Of a stretch of 18,553 nt of DNA, positions 15,383 to 18,553 are shown piece by piece. The notes beneath the pieces were generated by a model that worked only from the letters and a program-made list of their open reading frames with translations, did no database searches and was not told the DNA's origin. Position numbers and translations under genes: made by a program. The stretch is taken from IMG/VR virus record IMGVR_UViG_2541047776_000006, one strand, 5' to 3'. The DNA is from a virus (lineage: Duplodnaviria > Heunggongvirae > Uroviricota > Caudoviricetes). How positions within the stretch are numbered: position 1 is the first letter of the stretch; each line of letters starts with the position of its first letter.

Positions 15383-17863
15383 TTACTGGCAAATATAATT
15401 TCTACTTTCATCAATCTCTTTACCGAAGGTGATTGTGCATGAAAGCCCTTGTTGCTTATCAATTGCTACATTAACCGATGGCGGTACTTCATTGGTGCGA
15501 ATAAATAACTGGCTTCCCTGGCCGACAACACCAATATTATGACCATGGATATCATTGACTTCATAACCAAACGTTAATGGTTGCCCATCCGCTCTTAACG
15601 CTTTTATAAACCATGGCTTGCGCTGATCGGTATCAAAATTAACCAGTACAACCGCGCCGCGATAAGGGGCGGCAATTTTCCTGTTGCCACGTAATTCTGC
15701 TTCGCTATCGCTTTGTGACACATCCAACATCAGGTAATTTTCCCGATAAGGTGTCATCCCGTCGTATACCACCACTCCATTACGGTTTGTTGTGCGATAT
15801 TTTTGCCCATTGACATAAGCATCTTTAATTCCTGGCGCATTCATCACAGCAAACGTTTCAGAAAGACGGTTTGCCAGATTAACGCCACCCGACCAGGCGA
15901 CAATGCCCCCTGAAACACTGGCTCCAGCCTGTCGATAAGTACTCGACTGACTATAACTGCCATTCACCGTTGCCACCGGCGCGTTCCAGGTTAAATTCGC
16001 CCCAGCTGTCGTTTCATTTCCCTGATACTGATAACTCAGGTTGACCCCATAGTTAAACTGATCCCGGCTTCCAACGGTTCCTGATAATCCCGTATTATTT
16101 GAGGCAACCCCCTGATCATCAAACGTCGTTGAGTTAGACATATATATTTGCCGACGAGGCGTCGTAACGTCATCACCCCAATCAAAGGGAATCGATATAA
16201 AAATATTAAAACGTTTCTCTTCATGATGATTCTCGTCATAAGCATGGCTTGCCGCGAGGGTATAGCTTATCCTTCGCAGGTTGTTGGAATAACTCAACTG
16301 ATAATCCTTACTGCTGCCGCTACGCCCCCAGTAATCTCGCCATAACGTACTTAAGGACACAGAACCCCAGCCTTCTGGCAATGACTGACTCATATTAGCA
16401 GAAAAGCTATTTTTACGGCCAAAATCGTTCTGGTAATAATCGGCAATGTCATAGATATCGTTTTCATCACGGCGATAATTATCTTTATTGTTTGCCCATA
16501 CGTGATCGTTAAATGTCCGATAATCACGCGACGAATAACGCCAGGCCGCCAGACCAAAACGTGTCGACGTTTGGCTCACAAATTTGTTGTAGGCAATTTG
16601 ATAACTTTGCCCGTCAAACACATCGCCGTTGTCTTGTTTACTATGCGACTTCGTGGCATCGACGGAAATGGCACCAATGCGTGTATTCCAGCCAGTCCCC
16701 AAAGTGAACGCGTAATAATTATTCGCGACCATCGAGCCACCATACAGCGTTAATAAGTTATTAAAACCATACTGATGACCCGCCTGGACAAAATCACTTT
16801 GTTTGCTCGCCCCTTCAATATGGCTACGACCCGCCGCAAAATCATATTTCGACACGCCGGGTTGCAGCATATTTGGTACCGCTGCATAAGGCACCAGATA
16901 GGTGGTTACCGAACCGTCCGCCTCTTTCACGCTGACATCAAGATCCGCTCCACCACCGGCCAACTGCAAATCTGTAATCGCAAACGGGCCAGGAGGAACC
17001 TCTTTCTGATAAACCACAAAACCATTCTGTTCAATAGTTACCAGCGCGTTACTCTGAGCAATCCCCTGCACCCGTGGCGTAAAATTTTGTTTCGAGTTAG
17101 GCAACATCTGCATATCACGAAACAACCGCACACCGCTGAAGCGAACAGAATCAAAAATATCGCTTGATGTGTACATATCACCCACACGAAGCGTGCCGAG
17201 AAGTTGGGCAAATCCACGTTCCAGATACAGGGTATTGCTTTTCCACACCCCTGGATTGTTATTTGTTTTACTGAAACTGGCATCAGAATGCAGTTGCCAC
17301 TCCTGTAAATTTAACCCGCTGTTAAAACGTACATATGTACTCTTGCTATTACCGGACGCTTTATAATCGCTGTAATACTGACTCACATAATAAGAGGTAT
17401 AAAACGCATTAATACCCCGCTCCCAGTTTTCTGGTGGAACATAGCCACTTTCCAGCTCTTCCACCCAGGCCTGCGGGACACTGAAATCGAGACGAAAAAC
17501 TCCGATATCCCAGGTATAGCTCCCGCCCTGAATAAGTTGCTTAAATGTTAAACATTGCTTACCGCTGGCAAAGCTATCGGTATTAATGCCTAACCGCTTG
17601 ATCATTTCCCTTGATAAACATGTTTCTTGCGGGTTGTCTTTAACAATGATCTCATATTTCCCACGCCATTGCTTATTGACATAAATATCGATGTCATACT
17701 GCCCCGGCAAGGGCTGATTATCTTCAAGACGAATATTTGAAACCTGCTGGTCTTTCATTCCACCTATCATGAAATGGGTATCAAAGGTTTCTTCAGCTGC
17801 ATAAGCTTCAATGCCGATTAATAACGCTACGATTGCTGATGCAAGTGGGGTCATTCTCAACAT
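15383..17863 (-). CDS. yehB: Outer-membrane fimbrial usher YehB
   Basis: Large beta-rich ORF. Start set at ATG 17863..17861 with AGGAG 6 nt upstream (MLRMTPLAS...), giving 826 aa; the track's TTG at 17878 is rejected. Confidence 0.85.
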   Translation of the reverse strand: MLRMTPLASAIVALLIGIEAYAAEETFDTHFMIGGMKDQQVSNIRLEDNQPLPGQYDIDIYVNKQWRGKYEIIVKDNPQETCLSREMIKRLGINTDSFASGKQCLTFKQLIQGGSYTWDIGVFRLDFSVPQAWVEELESGYVPPENWERGINAFYTSYYVSQYYSDYKASGNSKSTYVRFNSGLNLQEWQLHSDASFSKTNNNPGVWKSNTLYLERGFAQLLGTLRVGDMYTSSDIFDSVRFSGVRLFRDMQMLPNSKQNFTPRVQGIAQSNALVTIEQNGFVVYQKEVPPGPFAITDLQLAGGGADLDVSVKEADGSVTTYLVPYAAVPNMLQPGVSKYDFAAGRSHIEGASKQSDFVQAGHQYGFNNLLTLYGGSMVANNYYAFTLGTGWNTRIGAISVDATKSHSKQDNGDVFDGQSYQIAYNKFVSQTSTRFGLAAWRYSSRDYRTFNDHVWANNKDNYRRDENDIYDIADYYQNDFGRKNSFSANMSQSLPEGWGSVSLSTLWRDYWGRSGSSKDYQLSYSNNLRRISYTLAASHAYDENHHEEKRFNIFISIPFDWGDDVTTPRRQIYMSNSTTFDDQGVASNNTGLSGTVGSRDQFNYGVNLSYQYQGNETTAGANLTWNAPVATVNGSYSQSSTYRQAGASVSGGIVAWSGGVNLANRLSETFAVMNAPGIKDAYVNGQKYRTTNRNGVVVYDGMTPYRENYLMLDVSQSDSEAELRGNRKIAAPYRGAVVLVNFDTDQRKPWFIKALRADGQPLTFGYEVNDIHGHNIGVVGQGSQLFIRTNEVPPSVNVAIDKQQGLSCTITFGKEIDESRNYICQ

Positions 17864-17878
17864 AGGCAGCTCCTGCAA

Positions 17879-18553
17879 TTAAATTTTGTCACTAATATAA
17901 TTGCCATGGTCATCGATAATGGTCAGATGCCAGTTATTTGCATTATTACTTTTGACATTAACACTCTGACTTTCTAAGGGGGCGATCATAATAGTTTCAT
18001 AATTGACTTTGACATTATTAGCTTTGACATCCGAAATCGTCACCCAATTAGCTGAGTCATTTTTTATCACCAATCCATTGCCACTGCGATTTACCAGTAA
18101 CTTTTTAAAGGTCACTTTATTTACCGGAGCAATACCCGCTGGCCGGTAAAACAACTTAATTCTGTTTTGCATCGCAAACTTCAGTGCATTCTTACCTTCT
18201 TGTTCTGGACTATTTGGTGGAATATCCAGAACATTCAGATAAAAAATACTCTCTTTATTAGTGGGTAGTTTATTCGGCATAATTTTAATTTTTACTTGCT
18301 GCCCGGAATTTGCCCCTATTTTTGCCACTGGTGGCGTTAACATGAAAGGAACCTGAATTTTTTCTGGTGGTAATGACGTATCGCCATCATCAATCCACGC
18401 CTGCATCAGCGAAGAACGGTTTCCCTGGTTCATCAACTGCACCATCACTTCTTTGTGCTCTGCCGGGTAAATAATACGCGTCCCGTAGATAACAATACCG
18501 GCATGTGCAGGAAGGACCATAGAAGAAATGAGTAAAGCTAATAATCCTTTCAT
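17879..18553 (-). CDS. yehC: Periplasmic fimbrial chaperone YehC
   Basis: 224 aa visible with signal peptide MKGLLALLISSMVLPAHA and a PapD-like chaperone body. The ATG is the last 3 bases of the window, so an upstream start cannot be excluded. Confidence 0.8.
   Translation of the reverse strand: MKGLLALLISSMVLPAHAGIVIYGTRIIYPAEHKEVMVQLMNQGNRSSLMQAWIDDGDTSLPPEKIQVPFMLTPPVAKIGANSGQQVKIKIMPNKLPTNKESIFYLNVLDIPPNSPEQEGKNALKFAMQNRIKLFYRPAGIAPVNKVTFKKLLVNRSGNGLVIKNDSANWVTISDVKANNVKVNYETIMIAPLESQSVNVKSNNANNWHLTIIDDHGNYISDKI

Overview
This window looks like an E. coli-type chromosomal segment carrying a ~9.8 kb integrative element. The host backbone is yegX-thiD-thiM (minus strand) on the left and rcnR, rcnA, rcnB and the yehA-yehB-yehC chaperone-usher fimbrial genes on the right. 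The element (about 2551..12349) lies between thiM and rcnR and is bounded by a 14-bp direct repeat, ATACGGGTATTTCT. Its insertion point falls inside the thiM TPP riboswitch aptamer, so the two aptamer halves now sit ~9.8 kb apart. The element resembles a phage satellite (PICI/P4-like): tyrosine integrase, AlpA, a primase-helicase followed by a TGTTCACC-type iteron cluster, a Nu1-like small terminase, and a decayed ClpP-like protease. Two AT-rich cargo genes are the best candidates for an undescribed system: a 237-aa protein with HEPN-like motifs beside the iteron cluster, and a 284-aa unknown protein translationally coupled to the integrase. All calls come from reading the sequence and ORF track; no searches or computations were run, and GC content was judged by eye.
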